64,000 nucleotides of DNA from IMG/VR virus record IMGVR_UViG_3300029117_000001, positions 3,829 to 67,828 of that record; one strand, 5' to 3'. This DNA is from a virus. Below are positions 17,735 through 27,929 of the stretch, in pieces. Within the stretch, counting starts at the first letter, position 1; the number at the start of each line of letters is the position of its first letter. Below the pieces are notes generated by a model. It ran no database searches. It saw only the letters and a program-made list of their open reading frames with translations, and was not told the DNA's origin. Position numbers and translations under genes: made by a program.

Positions 17735-18242
17735 GACAATAAAGTGTACCTTATCACAGAAATCAATCCAAAAAGCTATTGATGAAATAAAAAATTATCA
17801 AAAATCTTTAAGGAACAAAAATGAAATTTTCATAAAAAGATTATGTGAATTAGGGATTCCAGTTATTGACCAAAATATTTTGGCAGCACAAGGCGATTCC
17901 GATAAGAACCACAATACTTACATCAAAATTAACAGTTTTGGGGACTATGCAGAAGCCCACTTAATATGTGAAGGAATAGACCTTTTGTTTATAGAGTTCG
18001 GTGCAGGTATTCACTACAATGGTGCATCCGGTTCTAGTCCGCACCCAAAAGGAGAAGAATTTGGTTATACAATTGGTTCTTACGGACAAGGAAAAGGAAA
18101 AAACGATTCCTGGGTATATATTTCTGATTCCGGCGAATGGGTACGTTCTTACGGTACAGAAGCTACAATGCCAATGTATAAGGCAAGCGTAGAAATCATT
18201 CAGAATATCCGCAAAATTGCCAAAGAGGTATTCTATTCCTAA
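17727..18242 (+). CDS. hypothetical protein (possible neck protein)
   Basis: ATG 17727 overlaps the upstream gene; synteny only. Confidence 0.35.
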   Translation: MGKTIKCTLSQKSIQKAIDEIKNYQKSLRNKNEIFIKRLCELGIPVIDQNILAAQGDSDKNHNTYIKINSFGDYAEAHLICEGIDLLFIEFGAGIHYNGASGSSPHPKGEEFGYTIGSYGQGKGKNDSWVYISDSGEWVRSYGTEATMPMYKASVEIIQNIRKIAKEVFYS

Positions 18243-18246
18243 AGAA

Positions 18247-18272
18247 GATACCATAATATACTGAATGATACC
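18247..18272 (+). promoter_or_regulatory. copy B of the 25-nt recurring motif
   Basis: GATACCATAATATACTGAATGATACC, followed by the inverted copy GGTATCATT, which forms a hairpin. Confidence 0.4.
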
Positions 18273-18317
18273 AATTAATTATGGTATCATTACAGTGTTA
18301 AATTGTAGCATAAAATG

Positions 18318-18353
18318 CAATGCGTTCACTATGAAGGTGGGCGCATTTTTTAT
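18318..18353 (+). terminator. terminator-like hairpin upstream of gene 18369
   Basis: AATGCG-17 nt-CGCATT followed by TTTTTAT. Confidence 0.35.
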
Positions 18354-18368
18354 TGTGAGGTGACAGAT

Positions 18369-18770
18369 ATGCCAGACACAATAGAATCTCCTGTATTAGA
18401 AGTTTTTTCAAGATGGGGAGCGGCTGTTTCTAAGATTACCGGCGCAGACAATTATTCCATGGACGGAAGCGAAACAAATGCTTCTGGCAAAAAAGCATAT
18501 GCACAGCTTTATATGCTCGGAAATCCAATTACGAGAGGTGACCTCGAAGGAGATGAATGCGCAACAATGCCATCATTTCAAGTAAACTGCTTCACGTCTG
18601 GGAGCAAAGCACTAACCAGAGTGTATGAATTGGACAAGATAAGTCACAAAACTATGGTGAGCATGGGATTCCGCCGCACATACGGACCGGAACCCATGTT
18701 TTTTGGTGACAGTGGAATCAAAAAGCTTGTTAGTCGATACAGCCGGATATATACAGGAAAATTACTTTGA
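18369..18770 (+). CDS. hypothetical protein (possible tail-completion protein)
   Basis: RBS GGTGACAGATATG; synteny only. Confidence 0.35.
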   Translation: MPDTIESPVLEVFSRWGAAVSKITGADNYSMDGSETNASGKKAYAQLYMLGNPITRGDLEGDECATMPSFQVNCFTSGSKALTRVYELDKISHKTMVSMGFRRTYGPEPMFFGDSGIKKLVSRYSRIYTGKLL

Positions 18771-18828
18771 AACCAATGAACGCATAGACGTTCTTTTTTT
18801 ATGCTTAAAACGAAAGCGAGGTGAGATT

Positions 18829-19122
18829 ATGGATCAGATTTTAAGCTATGTAAAGCCAGAATTACTTGTTGTCGTTGTATTTCTTTATTTCATCGGAGAA
18901 ATTATTAAAAAGTCAGAGAATATTTCTGACAAATTTATTCCAATGATTTTAGGAATTCTTGGTGTATTAATTTGCGGTCTTTATGTTTTTGCAACATCTA
19001 CGATTTCCGGTTCACAGGAAGTTGCAATGGCGCTGTTTACTGCAATTACACAAGGAATTATCGTTGCTGGATTAAGTACTTATGTAAATCAGCTTATTAA
19101 GCAGTCTGGAAAAGAAGAGTAG
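18829..19122 (+). CDS. holin-like small membrane protein (two TM helices)
   Basis: RBS GCGAGGTGAG; 97 aa with two hydrophobic helices (LLVVVVFLYFIGEII; ILGILGVLICGLYVFA) and a charged C-terminus. Confidence 0.45.
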   Translation: MDQILSYVKPELLVVVVFLYFIGEIIKKSENISDKFIPMILGILGVLICGLYVFATSTISGSQEVAMALFTAITQGIIVAGLSTYVNQLIKQSGKEE

Positions 19123-19197
19123 AAAGGCGGTGATCCGCTATCTCCCGGCACTGGGTTACGTGCATAAAACTTGAATTAAAGAAAGGAGCCTATCAAA

Positions 19198-19728
19198 ATG
19201 GCAGATTTAACAACACTTGGCGTAACTTTTCATTACGGTGTTGAAACCGCTAAAGGAACAAAGCCAACTGCATTCACATGGTTAAAAAGATGTAGTTCCA
19301 TCGGTGGAATTTCTCTTGATACAGAACAGATTGACGTATCAGCTCTTGAAGACTTCATTACACAGTATGCGTCCGGTAGACAGGATACTGGCGGTACTTG
19401 GGATGTAACCTTCAACCTTAACGCTGATGTTATCACAGCATTAAAGAAGCTTATGACTGATGCGGCAACAGGAAAGCCAAAAGGATTTAGAGTTTGGTTT
19501 GAAGTTGTATTTCCAGACCTCGCTGATGCATTTTTTGTTATCGCAGACCCCGGAAAAAACATTCCATTGTCTGATATTGGACAGAATGAAGCAGCAACAA
19601 TTCCGCTATCTCTTATTATCCAAGAATATAAAGGCCTTGATACAAAAGTTGTTTCCGAAGAACTTGCACAGGCTTTAGACATCGCAAAAGCAGTAGCAGA
19701 TTCCACAGGTGCAATGGCACTCAGCTAA
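19198..19728 (+). CDS. major tail protein
   Basis: 176 aa; strong RBS AAAGGAGCC; directly upstream of the chaperone pair and TMP (conserved siphovirus order). Confidence 0.6.
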   Translation: MADLTTLGVTFHYGVETAKGTKPTAFTWLKRCSSIGGISLDTEQIDVSALEDFITQYASGRQDTGGTWDVTFNLNADVITALKKLMTDAATGKPKGFRVWFEVVFPDLADAFFVIADPGKNIPLSDIGQNEAATIPLSLIIQEYKGLDTKVVSEELAQALDIAKAVADSTGAMALS

Positions 19729-19753
19729 TAAAATATATCGGGAGGATTATAAA

Positions 19754-20182
19754 ATGGTAACTTTTAATGTACATGGAAAAGAATATAAGGTTGTATTTGG
19801 ATACGGACTTCTTACAAAAACAGATGTGCTGGACAAGGTACAGGGAATTACAGATGGAAAAGAGAGAAGCCTTCAGAAGATGATTTCTCTTCTCCCGGAA
19901 CTGCTTCTTGCCGGACTTCAAAAGAAGCACAAGGAAGAGTTTGGGTATGAAAGTGATTCTGAAAAAGAAGCTGTTCTTAATAAAGTCTGTGACCTTTTGG
20001 ATGATTACGAAGATGAAGGAACTGAGGAAAATCCGAAAAGCGGATTTGATTTATACCAACTTCTCGACAAAGAATTGGAGAAAAATGGTTTTTTATCCGG
20101 TCTGCTGAATGCAGTAGCAGAAGCACAGGCAGTGGAGAAGAACGCAACGAAGATTTCACAGGATCACAAAAAGAAAAATTAA
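19754..20182 (+). CDS. tail assembly chaperone (gpG-like)
   Basis: RBS GGGAGGATTATAAAATG; acidic C-terminal region; position between the major tail protein and TMP. Confidence 0.5.
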   Translation: MVTFNVHGKEYKVVFGYGLLTKTDVLDKVQGITDGKERSLQKMISLLPELLLAGLQKKHKEEFGYESDSEKEAVLNKVCDLLDDYEDEGTEENPKSGFDLYQLLDKELEKNGFLSGLLNAVAEAQAVEKNATKISQDHKKKN

Positions 20183-20253
20183 CATTTCGAGAAGTTGTTT
20201 ACCAAGAGATTCTTCCTTTATACCTCTCTATTGGCGTATCTAAAGAAGAATTT

Positions 20254-20577
20254 ATGGATTCTACACCAGCTGAATTAAAACCTTATCTCGAAGCTGAAAA
20301 GATACGTCAAAAGAGAAGAGACGCTGAGCTTTGGCAAGCGGGCATTTATGAAACATCAGCCACATTCACAGCTGTTGCAAATGCTTTAATGGGAAAAAAA
20401 TCCAAGGCAGAGTATTTGAAAAAACCTTTACTGGAATCAGCAGAGGAAGAAAAGCGTAAACAGGAAGGTATACTTTCCGAAGAAGAAAAGAAAAAACAGA
20501 GAAATGCACTTTTGGCAAGCTTGCAACTCATGCAGGCGAACTTTGAGCTTAACCATGAAAAGGGCAGGCAGGATTAA
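20254..20577 (+). CDS. second tail-chaperone-region protein (gpT-like position)
   Basis: Lys/Glu-rich; lies between gpG-like gene and TMP. No obvious slippery-site fusion to the upstream ORF. Confidence 0.4.
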   Translation: MDSTPAELKPYLEAEKIRQKRRDAELWQAGIYETSATFTAVANALMGKKSKAEYLKKPLLESAEEEKRKQEGILSEEEKKKQRNALLASLQLMQANFELNHEKGRQD

Positions 20578-20603
20578 CACTCTTGTCTGCCCTTTATTTT
20601 TTT
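20562..20603 (+). terminator. terminator-like hairpin immediately upstream of the TMP start
   Basis: GGGCAG-19 nt-CTGCCC followed by TTTATTTTTTT; the stop codon of the preceding CDS lies in the loop. Confidence 0.5.
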
Positions 20604-20626
20604 GTAAAAAAGGAGGGACAAATAAA

Positions 20627-23600
20627 ATGGCTGACAATACCATTGATACCCTTGATATACAAATTAGCAGTAGTACAGAAAAAGCAGTACGTGCGCTGAC
20701 TAATCTTTCAAACAAACTCACAGAAGTTAATTCCGCATTAAGCGGAGTTAATACAAACGGATTACGTAGTTGTGTAAGGGAGCTTGGAAAACTAAAAGAA
20801 CTTGATATAGGGAAAATGACAAGCATTGCTGATGGAATTGGAAAATTCTCAAATTCCATAAAGACAATGGGCGGAGTAGATTATAAAGGCTCTGGTCTGA
20901 ATGCAGTTATAAACTCAATAAACAGACTTAGCCAGGTTGATGTTAGTGGATTTGATTCTGGGAAACTCGGAGAAATAATCCATAAATTATCAGGCTTATC
21001 GGAAATACCAGATGTATCTACCAGTGTTAATCGCTTTGTCAATTCAATGGCTAGATTAGCCAATTCCGGTGAATATATTGCGAATGTATCAGCTGAATTG
21101 CCTGGGCTTGGAAGAAATCTTAAATCAATTGTAGAGAGTTTTACGAGCGTTGGCGATATATCTGAACCTGTAAATAGGTTAGTTCAGTCTATTGCACAAT
21201 TGGCAAGCTCTGGAAATAAAATCGGACAAACGTCAAGCCAACTTGGAACCCTAGCAAAGGAAGTATTATCTTTCTTTGACGTGATGAAAACTGCACCTAA
21301 AATCAGTGATAACACAATCCGAATGACGGAAGCACTGGCAAAGTTGGCTAATGCAGGGGGAAAGGTAAATTCCGCTACAAATTCTATATCCAGTGCGTTT
21401 TCTAAATTATCATCTGCAACATCTAGCCTTGGTAATATTGTTAGTAAAACTTCTTCTATAATTGGAACCGGGGTAAAAGGCATTATTGGATGGTTTCAAC
21501 GTCTCGGGAATAGTAGTTCTGGAATTAAAACCGCTTCTTTTAATCTCGGAAATTTGCTTAAAACTGCTATCGGTTTTAAGGCTATTCGTGGTCTGGCAAA
21601 TTTAGGAAAAAGTGCAATTGGTTTTGGCTCTGCTATTACAGAAATCGAAAATGTTGTAGATGTTTCCTTTGGAAGCATGGCAGATGAAGCCTACAAATTT
21701 GCTTCTACGGCCAAAGAACAATTTGGATTATCAGAATTGGCAGCAAAGCAATATTCTGGAACCATGATGGCAATGATGAAATCATCTGGTGTTGCGCAAG
21801 ATGCAGCTTCTAAAATGTCAATTTCTCTTGCTGGATTAGCCGGGGATATTGCATCATTTTACAACATTGATACAGATACTGCTTTTCAGAAAATACGCTC
21901 TGGAATTTCCGGGGAAATTGAGCCTTTAAGACAATTGGGTATTAATTTATCCGTTGCAAATATGGAGGCTTATGCTCTTTCAAGGGGAATTACAACATCT
22001 TATAATGCAATGTCTCAAGCTGAAAAAGTTGCTCTTCGATACAACTATTTAATGTCAGTTACAGGAGATGTGCAAGGAGATTTCGCAAGGACATCTGGCA
22101 CCTGGGCGAACCAGGTTCGTTTGCTCACTCTTAACTTCCAGTCACTTTCCGCAGTAATTGGGCAAGGATTGATTGCCGGCATTCTTCCTGCTATTCAAGC
22201 TCTTAATGCACTTATGTCAAAACTTATGCAAGCTGCGAATGTGTTCCGTAACTTCATGTATGTATTGATGGGAAAGAAACTAAAAGGCTCGCAGAGTGGA
22301 GTTAGTGATATCGTATCTAATTTAGGTGGTATAGAAACAGCTGGTGATGACGCATCTTCTGGGCTTGATGACGCTACATCATCTGCTAAGAAACTGAAAA
22401 AGGCACTTTCCGTATTGCCATTCGACCAATTGAATCAGCTTACCGATAATTCCGATAATTCTGGAACTGCATCTAAAAGTCTTGGTTCTGGACTTGGAGA
22501 TTTGGCAGATAGTTTTTCTGGAATACAAGATTCACTGGATGAAGTTTTGACTGTTGATGAAACACCAATTAATAAATGGGCTTCTAAAATTAGAAAGGCA
22601 TTTATCAATAAAGACTGGCAGGGGCTAGGCTTTACTATTGCAGATATGATAAATGTTGGAATGGAGAAAATATACGAAGTTATTAATTGGAATAATGTTG
22701 GCCCGAAAATAACTGAATTTGTAAATGCTTTTACAACAGCATTTAATTCCATGGTTAGCGGAATTGATTTCGACTTAATGGGAAGAATGCTTGGAGCTGG
22801 AATTAACACGGCAGTAAATACCCTAAACCTGTTGCTCGGAGAGGGAGGAATAGATTTTTCCGGAATAGGGGCAAAACTGTCTCAACTTTTAAAAGGTGCT
22901 ATAAAGGAAATTGACTGGACAGGTCTTGGAAACTTAATTGGGAACAGTTTTATGGCATCTTGGAAAATGCTTTCTGGCTTTGTAAAGGATATGTCTAAAA
23001 AGGATGGTGCTGGAATTACTGGATGGGGTAAGCTTGGCACTGCTATTGGAAAAGCCTTAAATGGTGCAATAAAAAAGATAGACATGAACACAATTGCAGA
23101 TGCACTTTCTGGTTTATTAAACGGAGCGTTCGAAAGCTTAAAATCATTTACAGAAACATTTAATTGGGATGATCTCGCAACCAAGATAAGAGATGGAATC
23201 GCTAAATTCATCAAAGAAACAAACTGGAAAGAAAATGGACAGGCTCTTGGAGATTTTATATCTCACCTGTGTACCGCATTAAAAGATTCTCTCACTACAG
23301 ACACATTCTATGAGTTCGGACAAGGAGTTGGAACATTCCTTGGTGAATTGCCATGGGGTGAAATCCTTAGTACAGCAGCTGATCTGCTATTAACTGGCCT
23401 TACCAGTGCATTAAACGGATTATTCGATGGATTAGAGGAAAAGCACCCGATAGCCGGACATATTGCAGAATGGCTTACAAAAGCATTTATTGCAGTAAAA
23501 ATAGCAAATATCACAGGTATCAGTACTCTTGTTGGTTCACTTGTGGGACATATTGCGAGTAAAATAGCTGAAAAGAAAAACGCTGAAATGATTGCTGAAA

Positions 23601-25303
23601 AATTAGCAGATGTACTTGGAGATGGCACAAGTGGAGCAAAAGAAGCAATAAAAGATTTAGGGGATGCGGCAGGTTCTTCAAGCAGTAAATTTGGCTCTCT
23701 TGCTAAAGCACTTGGCCCTCTTGTAGGTGAAGCTGGACTTATCGTGGCAGTAGGAGTAGCTGCAGCTGGCGCAACCTCTCAATTGGCTGGTCTTGTTGAA
23801 ACCATGCAAGGCGGTAATGGTGTTGGAACCACATTTGGCAATACCATGAATAACTTCATTCAAACTTTACAGAGAAGAGGTGATATTCTTTCTGGATCAG
23901 CAGAGGAAATTTGGCAGTTAAAAGAAAGCCTTGAGCAAGAAGGGATGACCGCCGAGGATAAGGCAAAAGCAACACAACAATTGATTGACAAGTTGGGAGA
24001 AATGGGGGTTACATCCGACCAGGCAGAGCAAGCATTTTCTCAATTAAACCAGAAAGGTCTTATTACGGACGACATGTTTAAAATATTGTCTGATTCTATT
24101 AAAACATTGGATGATAAAACAACAAATATGTCTGGAAGTATTGACCTTAGTAAACAGTCGATTGATGATTTGTATGACACTGTTCTTCCACAATTGCAAA
24201 CACAGTTAGGACTTAGCGCAGATGAAATGGTTTCTCTTGATACAGCATTAATGGAAGCTGAAAATTCTGGTGGCACTGCACAGGATGCATTTGATAATAT
24301 CATGGCGCGCGCCAAGGAACTCGGAATCAATACAGAATCTGTAGCAAAGATTTTTGCACAAGTATTCCCAGATTCCGTGAAAGAGATGGAAACTAAGACG
24401 AAAACCTCTATCAGCAGTACAAATACTTTTGTAAAAACTGGAATGGGAAGCATATCCAAAGCTACAGGAACTGCAATGTCTGGAATTCAAACAGCAACTG
24501 AGAAAGCTATGTCTGCCGCACAGACAAAAGTAAAAACTTCCACAGAAAATATTAGTTCTGATTCTAAAACAAACTGGGGAAATTCCGCAAGTGCTGTATC
24601 GACAGCTCTCGGAACCATGGACACCGATACAAAAGATGTAATGGGTAAGGTTATGACAACCATTCAAAGTTATTGGTCTTCTGTTCTAATCAATACAAAC
24701 CAGATTTGGGAAAAGGCTTCTGGTAAAGTTGACACGGAAACTGGGAAAATGAAATCTTATACAGAAACCAATTTGTCTGGGATTTCGGATAAAATTAAAA
24801 GGCTATTTAATGTTAATCTTACATCAATTGGTCGGGAAACTGCTCAATCATTCGCTGATGGCATGAAACAAGTACATTTACCAACTCTGACTTATTATAT
24901 TTCAGAGTGGAGAAAACATGATCTTGGCGGTGGAAGAACCAGTTCTACACCAGTTTACAAGCCTAATTGGTATGCCAAAGGTGGTCTTTTCAATGGCGCA
25001 CAGGTAATTGGTATCGGTGAAGCCGGTTCCGAAGCCGTTCTTCCACTGGAAAATCCACGAACCATGAAGAAGATCGCAGACAGCATTGTTTCCAGTTCGG
25101 ACGGAAGCATGGGACTTACAAAAGAAGAAATGACAAAAGCAGTAGCCCAGGGAGTCGCAATGGCAATGAGCATGAACAGCGGAACCAAAAATCCGCAATA
25201 CATTATGAACAGCATTATTCTGGACGGAAACGAGATTGCAAAGGCTGTGACCAAAGCCCAGAATGATACGGATAGCCGTTTCAAACCATCCCCGGCATAT
25301 TGA
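20627..25303 (+). CDS. tail tape measure protein (1559 aa)
   Basis: RBS AAAAAGGAGGGAC; very long Ala/Gly/Ser-rich alpha-helical protein; conserved C-terminal motif AKGGLFNGAQVIGIGEAGSEAVLPLEN. Confidence 0.85.
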   Translation: MADNTIDTLDIQISSSTEKAVRALTNLSNKLTEVNSALSGVNTNGLRSCVRELGKLKELDIGKMTSIADGIGKFSNSIKTMGGVDYKGSGLNAVINSINRLSQVDVSGFDSGKLGEIIHKLSGLSEIPDVSTSVNRFVNSMARLANSGEYIANVSAELPGLGRNLKSIVESFTSVGDISEPVNRLVQSIAQLASSGNKIGQTSSQLGTLAKEVLSFFDVMKTAPKISDNTIRMTEALAKLANAGGKVNSATNSISSAFSKLSSATSSLGNIVSKTSSIIGTGVKGIIGWFQRLGNSSSGIKTASFNLGNLLKTAIGFKAIRGLANLGKSAIGFGSAITEIENVVDVSFGSMADEAYKFASTAKEQFGLSELAAKQYSGTMMAMMKSSGVAQDAASKMSISLAGLAGDIASFYNIDTDTAFQKIRSGISGEIEPLRQLGINLSVANMEAYALSRGITTSYNAMSQAEKVALRYNYLMSVTGDVQGDFARTSGTWANQVRLLTLNFQSLSAVIGQGLIAGILPAIQALNALMSKLMQAANVFRNFMYVLMGKKLKGSQSGVSDIVSNLGGIETAGDDASSGLDDATSSAKKLKKALSVLPFDQLNQLTDNSDNSGTASKSLGSGLGDLADSFSGIQDSLDEVLTVDETPINKWASKIRKAFINKDWQGLGFTIADMINVGMEKIYEVINWNNVGPKITEFVNAFTTAFNSMVSGIDFDLMGRMLGAGINTAVNTLNLLLGEGGIDFSGIGAKLSQLLKGAIKEIDWTGLGNLIGNSFMASWKMLSGFVKDMSKKDGAGITGWGKLGTAIGKALNGAIKKIDMNTIADALSGLLNGAFESLKSFTETFNWDDLATKIRDGIAKFIKETNWKENGQALGDFISHLCTALKDSLTTDTFYEFGQGVGTFLGELPWGEILSTAADLLLTGLTSALNGLFDGLEEKHPIAGHIAEWLTKAFIAVKIANITGISTLVGSLVGHIASKIAEKKNAEMIAEKLADVLGDGTSGAKEAIKDLGDAAGSSSSKFGSLAKALGPLVGEAGLIVAVGVAAAGATSQLAGLVETMQGGNGVGTTFGNTMNNFIQTLQRRGDILSGSAEEIWQLKESLEQEGMTAEDKAKATQQLIDKLGEMGVTSDQAEQAFSQLNQKGLITDDMFKILSDSIKTLDDKTTNMSGSIDLSKQSIDDLYDTVLPQLQTQLGLSADEMVSLDTALMEAENSGGTAQDAFDNIMARAKELGINTESVAKIFAQVFPDSVKEMETKTKTSISSTNTFVKTGMGSISKATGTAMSGIQTATEKAMSAAQTKVKTSTENISSDSKTNWGNSASAVSTALGTMDTDTKDVMGKVMTTIQSYWSSVLINTNQIWEKASGKVDTETGKMKSYTETNLSGISDKIKRLFNVNLTSIGRETAQSFADGMKQVHLPTLTYYISEWRKHDLGGGRTSSTPVYKPNWYAKGGLFNGAQVIGIGEAGSEAVLPLENPRTMKKIADSIVSSSDGSMGLTKEEMTKAVAQGVAMAMSMNSGTKNPQYIMNSIILDGNEIAKAVTKAQNDTDSRFKPSPAY

Positions 25304-25328
25304 TTTTTGACTGATTGTGTGGTATAAT
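25300..25328 (+). promoter_or_regulatory. sigma-70-type promoter with extended -10
   Basis: -35 TTGATT (25300-25305), 17-nt spacer, TGgTATAAT (25320-25328). Confidence 0.45.
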
Positions 25329-25364
25329 TTCTTCAATGAAGAAGTACACACGGTCTTGATTTTT

Positions 25365-25440
25365 GAGCCGCTAAGAAGAAATTAATATTTCTCAATTTTG
25401 AGAAATTTTTTGTCTTACTTGGCGGCTCTTTTTTATTTTA
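25365..25440 (+). terminator. long hairpin plus T-run between TMP and the HNH-fusion gene
   Basis: GAGCCGC ... GCGGCTC stem enclosing the inner palindrome GAAATTAATATTTC, followed by TTTTTTATTTT. Confidence 0.4.
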
Positions 25441-25565
25441 ACCGTTAATTTTGGTAAAACCAACAGGCTAGACCGATCATCGAAAAGCGGAAATGCCTTG
25501 CCGCCTGCCTGTTGATTTACATACAGTTCAAGGCACTCTTTTATACGAAAGGCAGGTATCAATCT

Positions 25566-26783
25566 ATGGCAAGAAAACCACTTAGCAAGAAAATCAGATT
25601 TGAAGTATTCAAAAGAGACAAATTCACATGTCAATACTGTGGAAGAATGTCACCAGACGTAATTTTGGAAGTAGACCATATTGAGCCAGTAGCAGAGGGC
25701 GGGGATAATGAGATTACAAATTTAATTACTTCGTGCCGCGACTGCAATAGAGGGAAGGGCAAAACTAGAATTTTAGATTCCAAAGCAATATCGTTTCAAC
25801 AGGAAGCATTAAAAGATCTTGCAGAGAAAAAAGAACAGTTGGAAATGATTGCTGAATGGAAGAAAGAGCTACTTGATTATGATAATATGGCAGTAAACAT
25901 GCTAACGGAATATTTTGAACAATTGACAGGGTGTGATGTAAACGATAACGGACGTAAGGAAATAGGAATATGGTTAAAAAGATTTTCAGCAGATAAAATT
26001 ATGGAAGCAATGGAAAAATCTGTAAAATCATATTGTAAAGAATTTTCGTACGATGAAATTGTAATGGCATTTTCAAAAATACCAGGAGTGTGTATTAATC
26101 ACTCAAAGGGGGATAATAAGTCAAAGTATTATTTTAATTATATAAAAAAAGTTTTAACATCACGAGGAATAGAGTTCAATCCGAAACTTTTAAAATATTA
26201 TGTTGAAACATATTTGATTACAGAAGAAGATTTTGCAGCGGAAAAGAAAAGTAAACGGTATTTAAAAATATTTGTTTCATATCTACACCCCAGATTTGAT
26301 AAAGATAAATTTGCTCAAAACTATATGATGGATAAATGCTTTGTTGGGATCGCTGATATTGACGGAGAAAAGAGCATAGAAAATCTTAAATATGGGCTTG
26401 ATTTAGAAAACAAAGGTTATTTCTTTTCAGATAGATACTCTCCGAAAAATAGAGTTAGTTTGATTCCTTATCTCAATGGCTTTACAGAACTGTTAAGAGA
26501 ATATTATAGAGAATATTATCAAACATATAATGAGCCTCATCCTGTTTTAACTACCGAACAGGGATTAAGGCTTTTAAATCATTATGCGTCAAATAAATAT
26601 TGGGCGAACTGTGTTACAAAAGAAGACTATTGTAATATGTTTTCAATGCTTAAATTGAGTAAAGAATATGGTTGGAAGGAGCAAATGCCAGAAGCTATGT
26701 TTACAAGTGGTGGTACTATTTGTGACGAGAAAATTGCAGAATATGAAAGCGAGGAAAGAAAAAAGCATGATTTTCGACCTTAA
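25566..26783 (+). CDS. HNH endonuclease domain fused to a ~330-aa uncharacterised C-terminal domain
   Basis: N-terminus FEVFKRDKFTCQYCG ... EVDHIEPVAEGGDNEITNLITSCRDCNRGKG is a canonical HNH (H-N-H with a Cys4 zinc site); the remaining ~330 aa have no recognisable motif. Confidence 0.6.
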   Translation: MARKPLSKKIRFEVFKRDKFTCQYCGRMSPDVILEVDHIEPVAEGGDNEITNLITSCRDCNRGKGKTRILDSKAISFQQEALKDLAEKKEQLEMIAEWKKELLDYDNMAVNMLTEYFEQLTGCDVNDNGRKEIGIWLKRFSADKIMEAMEKSVKSYCKEFSYDEIVMAFSKIPGVCINHSKGDNKSKYYFNYIKKVLTSRGIEFNPKLLKYYVETYLITEEDFAAEKKSKRYLKIFVSYLHPRFDKDKFAQNYMMDKCFVGIADIDGEKSIENLKYGLDLENKGYFFSDRYSPKNRVSLIPYLNGFTELLREYYREYYQTYNEPHPVLTTEQGLRLLNHYASNKYWANCVTKEDYCNMFSMLKLSKEYGWKEQMPEAMFTSGGTICDEKIAEYESEERKKHDFRP

Positions 26784-26799
26784 TGTTTTGCTGTGTAAA

Positions 26800-26900
26800 A
26801 ACTGTAACATTACAGTAACGTTACAGTAACGGTATAGAATAAGAAATAGAAATAGAATTAGATTAAGATATAGATTTAGATTAAGAAAAAGAGAAAGAAT
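26800..26900. repeat. tandem/low-complexity repeat block
   Basis: TTACAGTAACG tandem duplication containing the 10-bp palindrome GTAACGTTAC, followed by AGAATAAGAAATAGAAATAGAATTAGATTAAGATATAGATTTAGATTAAGAAAAAGAGAAAGAA. Confidence 0.5.
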
Positions 26901-26975
26901 TATATTTTGAATAATATCTAACGATATTATTATGTCAGATAAATCTGACGCAGAATGGGACAGGGAGGACACACT

Positions 26976-27419
26976 ATGATATTTTGGCTATCAGTAATCA
27001 TTTTTGCGGTTGGCGTTGTTATTCTGATTGGAAATAGAATAGGCGAATCTTTAAGCTACGAATATGAGTATTCAAGTGTGAGTGGATTTATATTGTCTTT
27101 TGGCGTGGTAATTTCTTTCATCAGTGTAGTATGGTTCCTGGTAGCCGGATTGATTTTATTTCTCACCAAAACCAATGTTACCGCCACCAGACAGGCAAAT
27201 GCCGAGAAATACAAAGCATTGACTTACAAACTGGAAAGTGAAGCTTGCCGAGATCAATTCGGACTTCTAAACAAAGAAATTATTGACGAGGTACAGAGAT
27301 GGAATGTAAAAGTAACTTACTACAAAGCAATGGAGGATAACTTCTGGATTGGAATTTATTATCCAGATGTGTACGGTGATCTTGGAACGATTGATTATGA
27401 GACATATGAGGGTAATTAA
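26976..27419 (+). CDS. integral membrane protein (2-3 TM helices)
   Basis: RBS CAGGGAGGA 6 nt upstream of ATG 26976; hydrophobic helices IFWLSVIIFAVGVVILI and ILSFGVVISFISVVWFLVAGLILFL. Confidence 0.45.
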   Translation: MIFWLSVIIFAVGVVILIGNRIGESLSYEYEYSSVSGFILSFGVVISFISVVWFLVAGLILFLTKTNVTATRQANAEKYKALTYKLESEACRDQFGLLNKEIIDEVQRWNVKVTYYKAMEDNFWIGIYYPDVYGDLGTIDYETYEGN

Positions 27420-27538
27420 TTGACATGATAAAATAATCAAATTCGTTTCAAAACCTCTCGCCCGATAAAATATAGGCACAAGCCAAGAAAATTGATTTTT
27501 TAGAAAAGAAATTAATTAATTGTGGAGAATTAAAACAT

Positions 27539-27697
27539 ATGAGCAAAATAGGAACAGAACTTCCAACAGAATATTCAGACCGTTTTGATAAATTGCGCCA
27601 AAATCGGGCTGAGATGAGTTTTTACAAATATGGCACAGCAAAGGATAATTTCGGGGAGAAAGTGCCGGAGTTGCCGGAACACCAATTAATCAGCTGA
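27539..27697 (+). CDS. small hypothetical protein (52 aa)
   Basis: Short ORF with a weak RBS; below the ORF-track cutoff. Confidence 0.2.
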   Translation: MSKIGTELPTEYSDRFDKLRQNRAEMSFYKYGTAKDNFGEKVPELPEHQLIS

Positions 27698-27713
27698 AGG
27701 AGAAGTGGTATTG

Positions 27714-27929
27714 ATGGATTTCAAGCAGACTTACTTTTCCATCTGGCAGGAAATATGGAACCTCCACAAGAAGTATGCCTTTATCTCAAAGGACGATATT
27801 GCTAAGTGGGAAAATCTCACCATGGAAGCAAGCCGGATTCACGATAAATACGCTGATTCTTTCGGTGCGAAATTTGCCGAAGCACTTTTGTTTGCCGTAA
27901 CTGCGGAAATTGATAGAAAAGCGAAATAG
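27714..27929 (+). CDS. hypothetical small protein
   Basis: RBS GAAGGAGAAG; a GTG at 27705 is an alternative start. Confidence 0.35.
   Translation: MDFKQTYFSIWQEIWNLHKKYAFISKDDIAKWENLTMEASRIHDKYADSFGAKFAEALLFAVTAEIDRKAK

Noticed and set aside
19709-19753. Upstream extension (MQWHSANKIYREDYK) of the tail chaperone ORF
   Set aside because: The extension overlaps the major tail gene's 3' end and lacks an RBS. The ATG at 19754 has a strong GGGAGG site.
20183-20626. Programmed -1 frameshift fusing the two tail chaperone ORFs (gpG/gpGT-like)
   Set aside because: The two ORFs are separated by a 71-nt gap containing an in-frame stop in the second frame; no slippery heptamer spans the junction. They are probably separate genes.
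25392-25634. 80-aa minus-strand ORF overlapping the promoter and terminator region after TMP
   Set aside because: Sits on a structured intergenic region and the start of the HNH gene; no RBS; likely spurious.
26800-26900. Possible CRISPR array or tRNA in the repeat block after the HNH-fusion gene
   Set aside because: Only a single tandem duplication of 11 nt plus an irregular AGA/TAGA-rich tract; no regular repeat-spacer periodicity; no cas genes.
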